Shown here one piece after another: positions 22,625 through 36,130 of a stretch of DNA of 64,000 nt. Within the stretch, counting starts at the first letter, position 1, and each line of letters starts with the position of its first letter. The notes beneath the pieces were generated by a model. It made no database searches, was not told the DNA's origin, and saw only the letters and a program-made list of their open reading frames with translations. The position numbers and the translations under genes were made by a program. Source of the DNA: Chiloscyllium plagiosum (Eukaryota); the NCBI RefSeq assembly GCF_004010195.1, contig NC_057754.1:12509553-12573552 (forward strand). Reading direction: 5' to 3'.

Positions 22625-25104
22625 ACAACAAGTGAGCAAATTGGGCCACTTAAAGACAAAAGAGGTAATCTTTGTGTTGAACCTCAGGAGACTGGAGAGA
22701 TATCAAATGATTATTTCACGTCAGTTTTTACTGTGGAGAATGAAATGGGGGCGAGGGAATTTGTGGAAATAAATATTGATGTCTTGAAAATAGTTCACAT
22801 TACAAAAGAGAAAATGCTGGAGGTCTTAGAAAATAAAAAGTTGGATAATTCTCCACGATCTGATATGGTGTATCCAAGGACTTTGTGGGAAGTTATGGAG
22901 GAAACTGTGCGGCCCCTTGCAGAAATATTTGTGTCATCTGTAACTATGGTTGAGCTACCAAATGACTGAAGACTACCTAATGTGTACATTTGTTGACAAT
23001 GGGATATAAGGAGAAGCCTGGGAACAATAGACTTGTGAGTTTGGCTTTGGTGATGGGCAAGTTGTTGGAAGTGATTCTGAATGATAGAATTTATATGCAT
23101 TTTGAGAGGCAAGGAATGATTTGGGATAGTCAGCATGGTTTTATGCGAGGGAAATTATATCTTACAAACATCGTTGAGTTTTTCGAGGAAGAAACCAAGA
23201 AGATCGATGAGAACAGTGAAGTAGATATGGTTTACTTGGACTTTAGTAAAGCCTTGGACAAGGTTCCACAGGGTAGACTAATCCTTAAAGTTGGATCACA
23301 TGAGATTCAGGGTGAACATTCCAATTGGATAGAAAATTGGTTTAATGGCAGGAGACAGGCTGGTGGTGAAGCGTGTTTTGCCAGACAGGATGACTGTGAT
23401 CAGCAGTATTCCACAGGGATTGGAGCTGAGTCCACTTTGGTTTGTCATTTATGTAAATGATTTAGATGAGAAGAGAAGGTTTAGTAAGTATGTTTGCATA
23501 TGATGCCAAAATTCGTTGCATAGCGGATTATGAGAAAGATCATCTAAAGTTCCAAAGTGATGTTGAGCAATTAGGTCAATCGGCTGAGGAATGGCAGATC
23601 ATGTTTAATTTGGATAAATGTAAGGATAAATATTTACACAATGAGAGACCGAGGAGCTCAAGCATGTAATTCTTTGAAGTTGGCTTCACATACAGATAGT
23701 ATGGTAAAGAAGGTGTTTAGCACCCTTGCCTTCATTGCTCAATCCTTAGAGTACAGGAGTTGGGACGTCACGTTGATGTTATACAGGACGTTGATGAGGC
23801 ATCTCCTTGAGTTCTGTGTCCAGTCTTGTTACAGAAAGGAAATTATTAAGGTAGACAGGGTTCGGAAGAGCTTTGTAAGAATATTTTGTAAGAATATATA
23901 TAGAAGGAGAGGCTGGATAGGCTGGGACATTTTTCATCGGACCGAAGGAGATTGAGGGGTGACCTTATGGAGGTCTCGAAAATCCTTAGGTGTATAGATA
24001 AGGTGAATGGCAGGTGGCTTTTCTCCCCTGTGTAAGCGATTTCAAGACTATGGGATATATATTTTAAGGTGAGAGGAGCAAGATTTAAAAAGACATGAAA
24101 GTCAACTTATTTAAATGGAGAGTGGTTTGTGTGTGGAATGAACTTCCTGAAGAAGTGGTGGATGTGAGTACAGTTACAATGTTTGAACGATAGTTGAATA
24201 ATAGAATAGTCTTCAGAATATCCTATATTGAAGTACATGAATAAGAAATGTTTGGTGGGTATGGGAAAAGCGAAGACAGATGGGATTAGTTTAGTTTGGA
24301 ATTATGGTTGGAATGGACTGGTTGGACTGAAGGGTCCATTTCCATGAGGTATGACTTGACATCCCAATCTATGTCTGCCTGCAGAGGTGCAGGGGAATTA
24401 GCGAGTCTGCATTTCTCTGCAGAAAGTAGGCATTGATTAAATAGGCCAAATTATTTCTTTCTGTACCATAATGAATTGAAGCCAGACCTCTACTCACAAT
24501 AGAAATTCCTGACTCTAGGAAGTATTGTATTAAATCTGCACTACTCCACCAGGAACGTCCACTCCCGCCTTCCTCAGCTGTGGTATCCAGACACATTCTC
24601 CAGAGCTGCTCTGCTCATGATTTTGAATTTCTTCGAGTGTTTTGAGTGACACCGATCTCAGAAATATTGTGCACGTGCACAATAAACAAACCTTTTATCT
24701 TTCATGGTGAAAGGCTGATGTGAGTGAGGTGCTTGTGAATGCAGTTACTCCTTTAGACCTTGCTCTGGTATCTGGTTGGAATTGATGATCTTGAATTGTT
24801 ACCCATTAAACGTGCTGTAAGAAGAATGGACCTAAAGCAGTTCCCCTGCTCCCCCCTCACACCCCACATCCCCCCCCCCACCCACCCCCCCCCGCCACTG
24901 CTTCAGTTCAGAGCACAAGATGGCAGTGGATTAGGACACCTCCCCAGAGCTCATCCACTCCAGCTGCCTTTATTGTTGTTTTTATGGTTCGTTGGTCTTT
25001 GGAGTTTGATCATGGAAGTGGTGATGACAGTGGCTGCGAGACTTTGGTGGTCAGCCATGAGGTGGCCAATGAGGTTATCCAGGGACCAGTTACTGTAAGT
25101 CCTT

Positions 25105-27165
25105 GATCAGAATGTACCAGTCAGGCAGGGAAGAAGTTGTTGAATGCAGGAGCTGTGGTTTACTAAGGAAGTTGAATCTCTTGGCAAGAGGAAGAAGAAG
25201 GCTGATATTAGGATAAGATGTGTTAGGGTGCTTGAGAGTGACAAGTTAGCCAGGAAACACCAAGAGAACAAACAAGAGCCAGGAGGGTACATGAGAAGTC
25301 ATTGGCGGATAGGATCAAGGAAACCCTTAAGGCTTTCTATAACTATATCAGGAATAAAATAATGACTAGAGCAAGATTAAGGCCAATCAAGCATAGTAAT
25401 GGGAAGTTGTGTGTGGAGTCAGAGGAGGTGGGGAGGCGCTAAATGAATACTTTTCATCAGTATTCACACTGGAAAAAGACAATATGGTCGAGCAGAATAC
25501 TGAGATACAGACCACTAGACTAGTGGTGCATAAGGAGGTGTTAGCAATTCTGCAAAGTGTGAAAAAGATAAGTCCTCTGGGACAGATGGGATTTATCCTC
25601 GAATTCTCTGGGAAGCTAGGGAGGAGATCACCCAGCCTTTGGCTTTGATCTTTATGTTGGTAAAAACAATGACTGCAGATGCTGGAAACCAGATTCTGGA
25701 TTAGTGGTGCTGGAAGAGCACAGCAGTTCAGGCAGCATCCAAGGAGGTTCGAAATCAAATCTTTAGTTTGATCTTTATGTTGTCATTGTCTACAGGAATA
25801 CTGCCAGAAGACTGGAGGATGGCAAATGTTGTCCCCTTGTTCAAGAAGGGGAGTAATGTTGGAAGGGGTTGGAAGAGATAGGATTTACAATCATCTAGAA
25901 AGGAATAAGTTGATTAGCGATCATCACCATGGTTTTGTGTAGGGTAGGTCATGCCACACAAACCTTATTGAGTTCTTTAAGAAGGTGACCAAACACGTGG
26001 ATGAGTGTAAAGTGGTTGATGTGGTGTATATGAATTTCAGTAAGGTGTTTGATACAGTTCCCCATGGTAGGCTATTGCACAAAATACAGAGGCATGGGAT
26101 TGAGGGTGATTTAACAGTTTGGATTAGAAATTGGGTAGCTGAAAGAAAACATGGTGGTGGTTGATGGGAAATATTCATCCTGGACTTCAGTTACTAGTGG
26201 GGTACCGCAAGGATCTCTTTAGGGTCCACTTTTGTCTGTCATTTCTGTAAATGCCCTGGATGAGGGCATAGAAGGATGGATAGTAAATTTACAGATGACA
26301 CGAAGGTCGGTAGAGTTGTGGATTGTGATGAAGGATGTTAGAGGTTACAGGGAGACATAGCTAAGCTGTAGAGCTCCCGAGAGGTGGCAAATGGAGTTGA
26401 ATGTGAAAAAGTGTGAAGTAATTCTCTTTGGAAGGAGTAACAGAAATGCAAAGTACTAGCCTAAGGATAAGATTCTTGGTAGAGTACATGAGCAGAGATA
26501 TCTCAGTGTCCAGGTAAATAGATCCTTGAAAATTGCCACACAGATTGATAGGGCTGTTAAGAAGGCATACTCTGTGTTAGCTTTTATTGGTAGAGGGATT
26601 GAGTTTTGGAACCATGAGATCATGCTGCAATTGTACAAAACTCTGGTGTGGCCATATTTGGAGTATTGCGTACAGTTCTGATCATATTATTGGAAGCATG
26701 CAGAAGCTTTGGAAAGGATTCAGGGAAGATTTACTAGGATGTTGCCTGCTATGGAGGGAAGGTCATCTGAGGAAAGGCTGAGGGACTTGAGGCTGTTTTG
26801 ATTAGACAGAAGCTTGACAGGCAACTTAGTTGAGGCATGTAAGATAATCAGAGGGTTGCATAGGTTGGACAGTGAGAGCCTTTATCCTCGAATGGCAATG
26901 GCTAGCATGAGGAGAGACAGCTTTAAATTGAGGCGTGATAGATATAGGACAGATGTCAGAGGTAGTTTCTTTACTCAGAGAGTAGCAGGGGCGTGGAATG
27001 CACTGCCTGCAACATTAGTAGACTCATCAATAAATGGTCTTTGGATAGGAATACAGACGAGAATAGAATAGTGCAGGCTAGATGGGCTTCAGATTGATTC
27101 CACAGGTCGGCGCAACATCGAGAACCAAAGGGCTTGTTACTGTGCTGTAATGTTCTGTGTTCTAG
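25105..27165 (+). mobile_element. 5'-truncated CR1 ORF2
   Basis: ALNEYFSSVFTLEKDN, RT motifs, tail tgtaatgttctgtgttct. Confidence 0.9.
25660..25766 (-). mobile_element. Short Penelope-type terminus inserted in CR1 with 16-bp TSD
   Basis: tttgatctttatgttg at 25644-25659 and 25767-25782 flanks gactgcagatgctgg...gcacagcagttcaggcagcatcc. Confidence 0.8.
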
Positions 27166-27207
27166 GTGGCTTGTCATGATGGCAGCATCACAGCTTCATC
27201 AATGTCT

Positions 27208-27280
27208 ATTCGGAGCACTGTTCCTGAAAGCTAGTACTTCCAATTAAACCTATTGGACCATAACCTGTGTGATTTTTAAC
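27208..27280 (+). mobile_element. Penelope pLTR scrap
   Basis: ggagc..gaaagctagt.cttccaattaaacctattggac..gtgtgatttttaac; same family as 17192. Confidence 0.7.
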
Positions 27281-28204
27281 AGTTAATGTAGATTGTGAGC
27301 ATGCGCACTGCCAATGATGGCCAGAAAGAAATGCTGTTTTTTTTCCAATCCACAGGTGGTGCGTCAGGTTAATGGGAGGGCAGCAGATGGAGCTATATTC
27401 CAGTTAGAAGATTCCATGATTGATCAGTGTAGGGCTGTACGCCAAATACAGGGTTTCTGGGACTGCGATTTAAGCCACAGAGAGCCTCAGGCTTCTTCCC
27501 AGAAACAGGCCCCAGTCAGCGGTCACTATTCGTGATTCAGTTTTGTTTCATTATTTTTGTTAATTTATCGCTTCACTGTTTGTTTATCTGTCTTTGATGT
27601 GAATGGGGCTGAAAACAAAGGTTATTGGGTTAAAGCATTCTTGTGTTCACTGAGGGACATGTGCAGTGTGCTGTTGGGAGGTACTTATTAGTGTTAGTGA
27701 CTGAAATTAATAGAATAGTGGCCCCGTGAACAACTTTGTCACTGAGCTGGCTGTCAGTGTGAAAGAGGCTGAGAAAATGGAGCAGGGAGTGGAGGAAGGG
27801 AACTGACCAGGATGGGGGGTTTTGGAAATTGGGGCTGTTCGTTGCCCATCACCCCCCGCCCCACAAAACATTGTCCATTGTTTCTCACACTGCTCCCCTT
27901 CCCCACTCACACCTTCTTCTCCCACCCTGTCCCAACCCTGCTTCCTTCTAGTATCAGCAAACCTCCACAGGTCTTTTATTATTTTCTATGTATGATGCTG
28001 TTTTTCTCAGAACATTGAACAATTTGAGAACTGAATTCAGAGAGTGAGCAGTGAGTGGAGAATCTTCCAAAATCGCTCTGCACCTCCTTGACATTCTTGA
28101 ACCACTGTATTCTGTGTAGTGAAGCCACTCCAGATTGCTGTTCAATAAGAAGTTATATGATTTTCATGTAGTTGTTACAATCATTTAGTTTTTATATCCC
28201 ACCA

Positions 28205-29830
28205 TAAGAATAGAAACATAGAAAATAGGAACAGAAGTAGGTTGTTGTGGTGTTCGATCCTGCTGCATTATTCAGTCTGATAATGACTAGTAATTTTGCT
28301 CAGGAATCTGCAACCACTTTAGACCCATATCCTCTAATCCCTTTCGCCCTCATAAGAATATCTACCTTCATCCCACATTCTGGCCTTCACTGCTTTCTGC
28401 AGCAGCAAATTCTGCAGGATCACCAGTCTCTCAGTTAAAAACAATTCCTTACCTCAGTCCAAATGGACTAGCCCATATTGCTGAAACTGTGATTACCCAC
28501 TCCTCCAGTTCTAGACTCCCTGGTCATTGAGTACATCCTTCCTGCATTTACCTTGTTAGTTTGTTAAGATTTTTATTAATTTCTGTGACATCGTACTTTA
28601 CCCTTCTAAACTCCAGTGGATTTCCTCCTAACCAGTCCATTCTGTCCTCATCTGCCAGTCCTGCCATCCCAGGAATCAGTCTGGCAAACCTTTGTTGTGC
28701 AGTCTCAATAGGCATGCCATCTGTCATCAGACAAGGATTCCAAAAAACTCCAAAATCCTGTACATCTCTGCTCCTTTATTCAGATCCACTCTCGACAAAC
28801 ACCAACATATCAATTGCCTTCTCCAACTCCTGTGGCACCTGCATGCTTATTTTCAGCAACTTGTGTACAAGGACATCAGGTGTCGTTTCTCATTTCCCTG
28901 TCACAAATTCATGCTGACTGACTACGTCCAAACCTGTCACTGTTTTCCAGTGTTAGGCTAACTGGTCTATCATTCCATGTTTTATCTCCTTCCTTTTTTA
29001 AATTGTGTGGTCACATTAGCTACCATCCAATCTATAGAAATTGTTCCAGAGTTCATAGAATCTTGGAAGATGACAATCAATTCACTCTGTTCAGATTGAA
29101 GTCTCCAGTTTCAGATCACAGCCACTATATCTGAGGGGACTTTTAAGTGCTCGGGGTGTAGATTAACAGATGCTGAGATTTATTGGCTTTTAATCCCATC
29201 AATTTCCCTAGCACCATTTCCCTGCTAATACTAATTTCTTACAGTTCCTCCCTATCATCTGTTCCATAGCATTTTAGAGATGTTACTTGTCATCCTTTCT
29301 GATGATAATAGAATCAAAATGTATAGTTAATTGGTGTTATCAATCAACACCTGATAATTGTAAGGGATTTGTTTCCTTTTTTTCTCTTCACATACCTTTA
29401 GAAGCTTTTAAAATTAGTTTGTGTGTTCCCCTCAGGCTTACTCTTAGACTTTATTTTTCTCTCTTAATTAATCCCAAAGTCCTGTTTTGTTGAAATCAGA
29501 ACTGTACCCACTCTTCAAGTCTGCTGCTCCTTTCGACAATTTGTAACCTTTTTTCATGGGTTCAGTACTATCCCTCATATCCCTTGTTAGCAATGGAAGG
29601 GCTACCGTTACTGTTTTATTTATTGCCAGACAGGGATTGCCAACAGTTGCAATTCCTACAAGTGCTGTTTAAATATTTGTCACCCCTTTAAGTTATTTTT
29701 CCAAAATTATTGCCACTTTCTTGTGGTCTCATACCATTGTAATTTTTTCTGTTTGTATTTTGACCACTTGTCTCAGAATCAATTATCACTTTCCATCATT
29801 CAGAGTTAACTCTCCCACATACTCAGATGG
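28205..29830 (-). mobile_element. Old, internally deleted CR1
   Basis: catagaaaataggaacagaagtagg tail and decayed ORF2 blocks. Confidence 0.7.
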
Positions 29831-30055
29831 CCCATTATTCCCTTCTCCTTACACTATTAAAATAATGAAACTAAAGTTGCCATATACGAGAGGGATTTTG
29901 GCAGGGAGAGAGAGTGAGAGAGAGAGAGCAAAGGCTGATGGTGCTTTAATCTGAGGGTTACTGTGCCTTAGACAAGGGAAAAGAGTAGGAATGTGGGATC
30001 TTCATGGTGACTTCAGCCGGTACAGAGATTGAACACCAGTCGACTACCTAACTGA

Positions 30056-30948
30056 TCACAAATTCAACTCAAACTCTGGGTCAGATATGTCGATGACACG
30101 TTTGTAATCATTAAAAACACGGAAATAGAAAAAACACACCGGATCATCAACGCCACACTCACAGGAATCCGATTCACGAGAGAAGAAGAAAAGGATAGCC
30201 AACTCCCATTCCTAGACGTGATGGTACAGAGAACACCAGACAGAGAATTCACTACAAGAGTATACGGGAAAGCCACACACAGAGAGAGACAGAGAGAGGC
30301 AGAGAGAGACAGAGACAGAGTGAGAGATAGAGAGAAAGAGAGAGCATGTTTTGGCTGGTGACATTGCCAGTGGAATGGAGAGCTGGGATCCAACTAGGAA
30401 AACTAAGCTGTAAAATGAATGTACCGAGCGTGGCGAACGATTTCACACCTCGGAGATTTATGCTCTGCCGCCTGAGGTAGCTGGCGCTGACTCGCCATCA
30501 CTTCAAATAACAGCAAAGAAATGGACAAATAGTGCAAAGGTTCTGGATGCTACCGACATTCTGGCAATAATACTCACGACGTGTGCTCTGGAACTTGACA
30601 CCTGCCAAGCCAAGCTGTTTCAGTACCAGTACGACACTGGCATCTACCGACAGTGTGGAACATCACCGACGTATATTCAGCACAAAAACACAGGACAAAT
30701 ACAAACACATCGACCTGGACCCAATATACCAACCACTACAGCGGACAGCTGAAACTGACAACCGGAAGCAGCAGATACAAATCACTATAAATGCCGGAGG
30801 AAACACCACAGAAGCGCTTCGCAGGAGGCTCCCAAGCACTGATTATGTCGCCTAGCCAGGGGACGAAACGTTTGCAACAAAAACTTCCAGCTCGGCGAAC
30901 AGAACCACAACAACGAGCACCCGAGCTACAAATCTTCGCACAAACTTT
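30056..30948 (+). mobile_element. Rearranged Penelope-like element (RT fragment, GA repeat, internal piece, pLTR) with 14-bp TSD
   Basis: KLWVRYVDDTFVII...IRFTREEEKDSQLPFLDV from 30071; KHIDLDPIYQPL terminus; gactacctaactga (30042-30055) and gaccacctaactga (30949-30962). Confidence 0.88.
30836..30875 (+). ncRNA. Degenerate minimal hammerhead ribozyme motif
   Basis: gca-CTGATTA-tgtcgcctagccaggggac-GAAA-cgtt-tgc; G8 mutated to T. Confidence 0.6.
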
Positions 30949-31359
30949 GACCACCTAACTGAGCTAACCCACTCCCAGCCGTTACACAGTACACAGCCGA
31001 GGATGGCCGGTCCTCCATTTGGGTCCTTAATGTATCGATCCAAAAACCATCTCACCAACACTCCAGGAATCTCTCCTCTATGGTACTGGTACTGATTAAT
31101 CTACAGGGCAACCCTCGTATCCATGAGTCTGGTTGTTGCGGTTTTACTTACTTGCCGTTTACTGTGGTCTGAACCTATAAAAGGGAATGTTCCAGAACCA
31201 GTGACCAGGAGGCTGCCAGGAAGGAACATTTCCCATTTAAATGCATGGGTTTGCACCTATCCGCGGTTTCAGGCTTCCGCAGTAAGTCCTGGAATGTAAC
31301 CCCCGCAGGTATGGGGGGTACTACTGTGTGTGCAAACAGACGTCATCCATAATAACTTT

Positions 31360-32845
31360 ATGACCACAAGATATCGGAGCAGAATTAGGCTACTTGGCCC
31401 ATTGAGTTGAGAGTGTGGTGCTGGAAAAGTACAGCAGGTCAGGCAGCATCGAAGAAGCAGGAGAATCGATGTTTCGGGCATAGGCCCTTAATCAAATGTG
31501 ACTTGTCGGCCAAGTGGGCTGAGGGGACAAGTCCTCACCTTCCTACCAACCTCCAGAAAGATTGCATCATTCTGCACCACTTCCGCCACCTGCAAATTGA
31601 CCTGACCACTAGGGATATATTTCCCTCCCCCACTCCCCACCTCCCCAACTTATCTGCATTCTGGAGAGACCATTGCCTCCACAATTCCCTTGTCAGATCC
31701 ATGGCCCCCACCAGCCCACCCTATTCCTGACACTTTCCCCTGTCATCGCAAGAATTTTAAAACCTGTGCCCACACTTCCTCCCCTCCCACCCCACCTCTG
31801 TCCAAAGCCCGAAAGGATCCTTCCTCATCTGGCAGAACTTTACCTGTACTTCCACACACGTCATCTTTTACATCCGTTGCACCTAATGTGGTCTCCTCTA
31901 CATCGGGGAAGCAGGATGCCACCTTATGGATCATTTCAAAGAACATCTCTGGGACACATGCACCGACCAACCACCCGCCATATGGCTGAACACTTTAACT
32001 CCCCCTCCTACCCCATGCAGGACATGCAGGTCTTGGGCTTCATCTATCGCCAAACCCTAACCATCTGATGCCTGGAGGAAGAATGCCTCATCTTCCACCT
32101 TGGGACCCTGTAACCACACAGGATCAATGTGAACCTCACCAGTTTCCTCATTTTCCCTCCCCCAACCTTATCCAAGTCCCAAGCCTCCAACTGGCACCAC
32201 CCTCTTGACCAGTCCTACCTGTCCATCTTCCTTCCCACATATCCGCTCCACCTTCCTTTCTGACCTATCATTCCACACCCCCCACCTTAACCTACCTATC
32301 ACATTTCCAGGTACCTTCCCCCCCCAGCCCAAACCTCCTCCCATTAATCTCTCAGCCCCCCGATCCACAAGCCTCATTCCTGTTGAAGGGCTTATGTTCG
32401 AAACGTCAATTCTCCTGCTCCTTGGATGCTACCTGACCAGCTGTGCTTTTTCAGCACCACACCCTCAACTCTGATCTCCAGCACCTGCAGTCCTCACTTT
32501 CTCCTATTTGTCCCATCAAGTCTGCTCCACCATTTCATAGTGATTGATATGTTTCTCATTCCCATTCTCCTGCATTCTATCTTCTCCATAACCATTGATG
32601 CCCTCCCCAATTAAGAACCTCTGTGACTCTGTTATAAATACACTCACTGACATGGTTACCACAGCCCTTGACAGCAATGAGTTCCAGATCACTACGCTCT
32701 GGCTTAAGAAATTCTTCCACATCTCATTTCTGGAGGGTCATCCCTTCACTCTCAGTCTGTGCCCTCGGGTTCTAGTATTTGATACTAGTTGAAAGATGTT
32801 CTCGACAATTCAGGCCTCTCAGTATTCTGTAAATTTCAATCACAT
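31360..32845 (-). mobile_element. CR1 3' fragment (31360-31403 and 32504-32845) hosting a Penelope insertion
   Basis: gaccacaagatatcggagcagaattaggc tail resumes caagtctgctccaccatt; NFLSQSVVIWNSL. Confidence 0.75.
31404..32503 (+). mobile_element. Penelope-like element 3' part (GIY-YIG) with inverted 5' pLTR
   Basis: FTCTSTHVI..IRCT*CGLLYIGEAG..FKEHL at about 31840-31950; 31404-31495 is the reverse complement of 32380-32471; flanks ctacttggcccat and ctatttgtcccat (11/13). Confidence 0.88.
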
Positions 32846-34780
32846 AGTCATCGGGTCAGACAGCATGGAAACAGAACCCTTGGTCCAACCAGTCTATTCC
32901 GAAAATATTCCAAACTTAAAGCAGTTTTCACCTGCCTGCACTTGGCCCCTATCCCTCTAAACCTTTCATATTCTTGTACTTATCCATATGTCTAGTAAAT
33001 GTTGTAACTGTACCCACATTCACCACATTGTCTGGAACGTCATTCCACACATGAAGACTCTTGTGTAAAAAAAAAGTTGCCCCTTGTGTCTCTTTAAAAT
33101 CTTTCTCCTCTCACCTTTAAAACTATGTCCCAGGTCTTAAAATCCCCCACCTGAGGGAAAGTAGACTTGCAATTGAACTTACTTATACTCCTCACAATTT
33201 TGTAAATCTCTCTTAGGTCAATGTTCACCTCCTATACCTCCCTGAATGAATCCCAGCCTGTCCAGCCTCTCCTTATAACCCACTCCTTCCATTCCCAGCA
33301 ACAACCTGGTAATCTTTTCTGAACTCTCTCCAGCTCAAAAATATCTTTCCTATAACAAGGCGACTAGAACTGGACACACTACTTCCGAAGAGGCCTCAGC
33401 ACCATCCTGCACAACCTCAATATGATGTCCCAACTCCAACACAAATGGTCTGAGCAATGAAGGTATGTACACTAAAAGCCTTCTTAACCTCCCTGTGTAC
33501 GTGTGACACCAACTTCAAGGAATTAGGTAACTGAATCCTTACATCTCTGTTCTACAGTATTATCCAAGATTGTACTTTTAATTGCACCTCCCTTTTTTGT
33601 TTTACCAAAATGCAGTGTCTTGCATTTATATGGGTTAAACTCCATCTGATGCCCCCCTAACCCGTAGATCCAATTGATCAACATCTCTTTGCAATTTTAC
33701 ATAAAATTCTTCACGCTCCAATGTATCATCAATTTTGGCGTCATTTACAAACGTACTAATCATGCTTTCTATACTCTCATCTAAATCATTTGTGTAAACG
33801 ACAAACAAAAGAGGACCCAGCACTGATCCCTTTGGAATACCACTGGTCACAAGCCTCCAGTCTGAAAAACAACCCTCCACCACCACACCCCATCTCCTGT
33901 CATTAAGTGAGTATTGCATCCAATTGGCACGCTCACCCTGAATCACATGTGGTCTAACTTTACATGTATCTGTCCAAAAGTCTTTTCAGTCTTATAACAG
34001 TATGTGCATCTACCACTTCCTCTGACAGTTAATTCCACAGACACACCACCCTTTCTGTGAAAAGGTAGTGCCTTGGTTCCCTTTTTAACCTTTCTCCTCT
34101 TACCTTAAGAATATATTCCACTAGTTTTAGACTCTCCTATCCAAGGAAAAAGATATTATCTGGACTGCTCATGATTTTAGAAACCTCTGTACAGTCACCC
34201 CTCGATCCCCTATGGTCCAGCGAAAAGGATCCTACCCTATCCAGAGTAATCTCAAAATTCAAACCCTCAGTGCCATATGGATTCTTAAGTATTGCATGAG
34301 GCAACATAGAGGAGAAAGTCAATCCAGCAGCTAGAAACATCACCTAGTCTCCATTTCTTTGGTCAAATAGTTTAACAACAGGAACTGTCCAGCTTCATAC
34401 ATGGAGAGTGAACATTTGAGTGTGCTTTCTCCACAGTAAAAGCTGATGCAAAATATTAATTTAATATCTCTTCCATTGCCTGAGTTTCAACATAAAGACA
34501 CACTCCTTGATCTTTAAGGTGCCAAACTGTCTCTCTTGTTGCTCCCCTGCTCGATATGTACTTGTAGAACCTCTTTAGCTTAGCCTTAGCTTTGGCAGAT
34601 TAGGTTATCTCGCTTTGCTCTTTGCCTTCCTAATCTCCCTCTTCACAGAACCCATGCAAGAAATTCATTTGAACCCTGTTTTCTGTATCTAATGCATAAA
34701 TCTGTTCATTCTTGCCTTTGCCTCATAAATTTATTCATCCATTGTTCTCTAATCATATTAGCCTTACCTTTCACTGGTCA
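32840..34780 (-). mobile_element. Composite of old CR1 fragments
   Basis: VTSGIPKGSVLGPLLFVVYTNDLD; second 3' end at 33960-34270; mirrored by 61830-64000. Confidence 0.8.
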
Positions 34781-34784
34781 TATA

Positions 34785-35510
34785 CTGGTAGGAAGAATAG
34801 AAGCATGGGCTATTTTCTATGTGGAGAAAATTCAGAAATCTGAAGTGGAAATGGACTTGGGAATCCTAGCCCAGGTTTCTCTTTTAAAGTAAATTTGCAG
34901 GTTGAGTTGGTAGTTAGGAAGGCAAATACAATGTTGTCGTTCATCCCAAGAGGGCTAGAGTATAAAGCAGGGATGTATAGTACTTTTGAGGCTTTGTAAA
35001 GCTGTGGTGAGACACATATAGAGTTATGTGAGCAAGTTTGTGCCCCATAATCAGGAAGGATGCAGTGGTCCTGGAGCGGGTCCACAGGAGGTTCACTAGA
35101 ATGATCCCAGGAATGAAAGACTTAACAAATGAGGGACGCTTGAGGACACTGGACTATGGAGTTTAGAAAGATGAGGGGGGCTTTAATTGAAACTTGCAGA
35201 ATACTGAATGGCCTGTTCAGAGTGGACCTTAGGATGATGTTTCCATTGGCAGGAGAGACTGGGATCTGAGGGCACAGAGTTAGAGTAAATGAAAGATCCT
35301 TTAGAACGAATACAGAGAAACATCTTCAGCCAGGGAATCTGTGGAATTCATTGCCTCAGAAAGCTGTGGAGGACAGGTCATTGAGTACAGGTCACAGGGA
35401 GAAAAGTGGGAGAATGCAGTTGAAAAACTTATCAGCTGTGATTGAATGGCAGAGAAGATGCGATGGGCCTAATGGCCTCACCTCTGCTCCAATGTCTCAT
35501 GGTCCTACAA
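34785..35510 (+). mobile_element. CR1 3' fragment
   Basis: ORF2 C-terminal remnants and tail ctctgctccaatgtctcatggtcct. Confidence 0.8.
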
Positions 35511-35539
35511 TGGTTCTGAATTTTGGTTATCACATTTTT

Positions 35540-36130
35540 GAAAACCTCTCATTTACCAGATGTATGTCTATGTCTGAGCAGTCTACTCCAATCAACTTTT
35601 GAAAGATCTTGTCTTAGTCCACTTAAAAATTTCAACTTTTATGCTTATCCTTTTCCATAACTATTTAAAACTGATAGAACCACGATCACTGAACCCAAAG
35701 TGTTCCCCTACTATTTCTTCAGCCACTTGTAATGCCTTCTTACCCAAAATAAGGTCAAGTTTTGGCCTCTAGTCAGACATTTACATCTTGATTCAAAAAC
35801 TTCCTTGAACATATTTTAACAAACTCTTCTCCGTCCAAGTCTTTAACATGATGGTAGTCCCAACCAACATTTGGAAAATTAAAATCACCCATTATTACAA
35901 ACTTACTATTCTTACATCTGTCTGAGATCTCTCCACACATTTGTTCCTCAATTTCCATCTGACTGTTGTTGGGCCTACAATACAATCCCATCAAGGTGAT
36001 CATTCATTTCTTATTTTAATGCATATATTTTCACTGGATGACTTTTTAGAAATATTTTCTCTCTTTACAGCAGCAATGTTGTCATCAAAAACACCACTCC
36101 TTCTCAGTCCTTCATATATTCCCTCATCTT
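35540..36130 (-). mobile_element. CR1 endonuclease fragment
   Basis: ITLMGLYCRPN...VIMGDFNFPNVGW. Confidence 0.8.

Larger units (their letters stand above)
19555..24360 (+). mobile_element. Older CR1 ORF2 (19555-19660 and 22625-24360) hosting a younger CR1
   Basis: ILKKGIRKAKRGNEISLANKLKDNP resumes as QIGPLKDKRGNLCVEPQE after 22625. Confidence 0.85.
29943..30970 (-). mobile_element. tRNA-derived SINE (non-HE1) split by a Penelope insertion
   Basis: cttcatggtgacttcagccggtacagagattgaacacc (B box, reverse) resumes as aactgagctaacc (A box, reverse) at 30957. Confidence 0.55.

Noticed and set aside
24840..24897. C-rich tract (possible G-quadruplex on minus)
   Set aside because: Simple low-complexity run with no supporting context
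31170..31185. TATAAAAG box
   Set aside because: Isolated motif with no downstream exon or ORF
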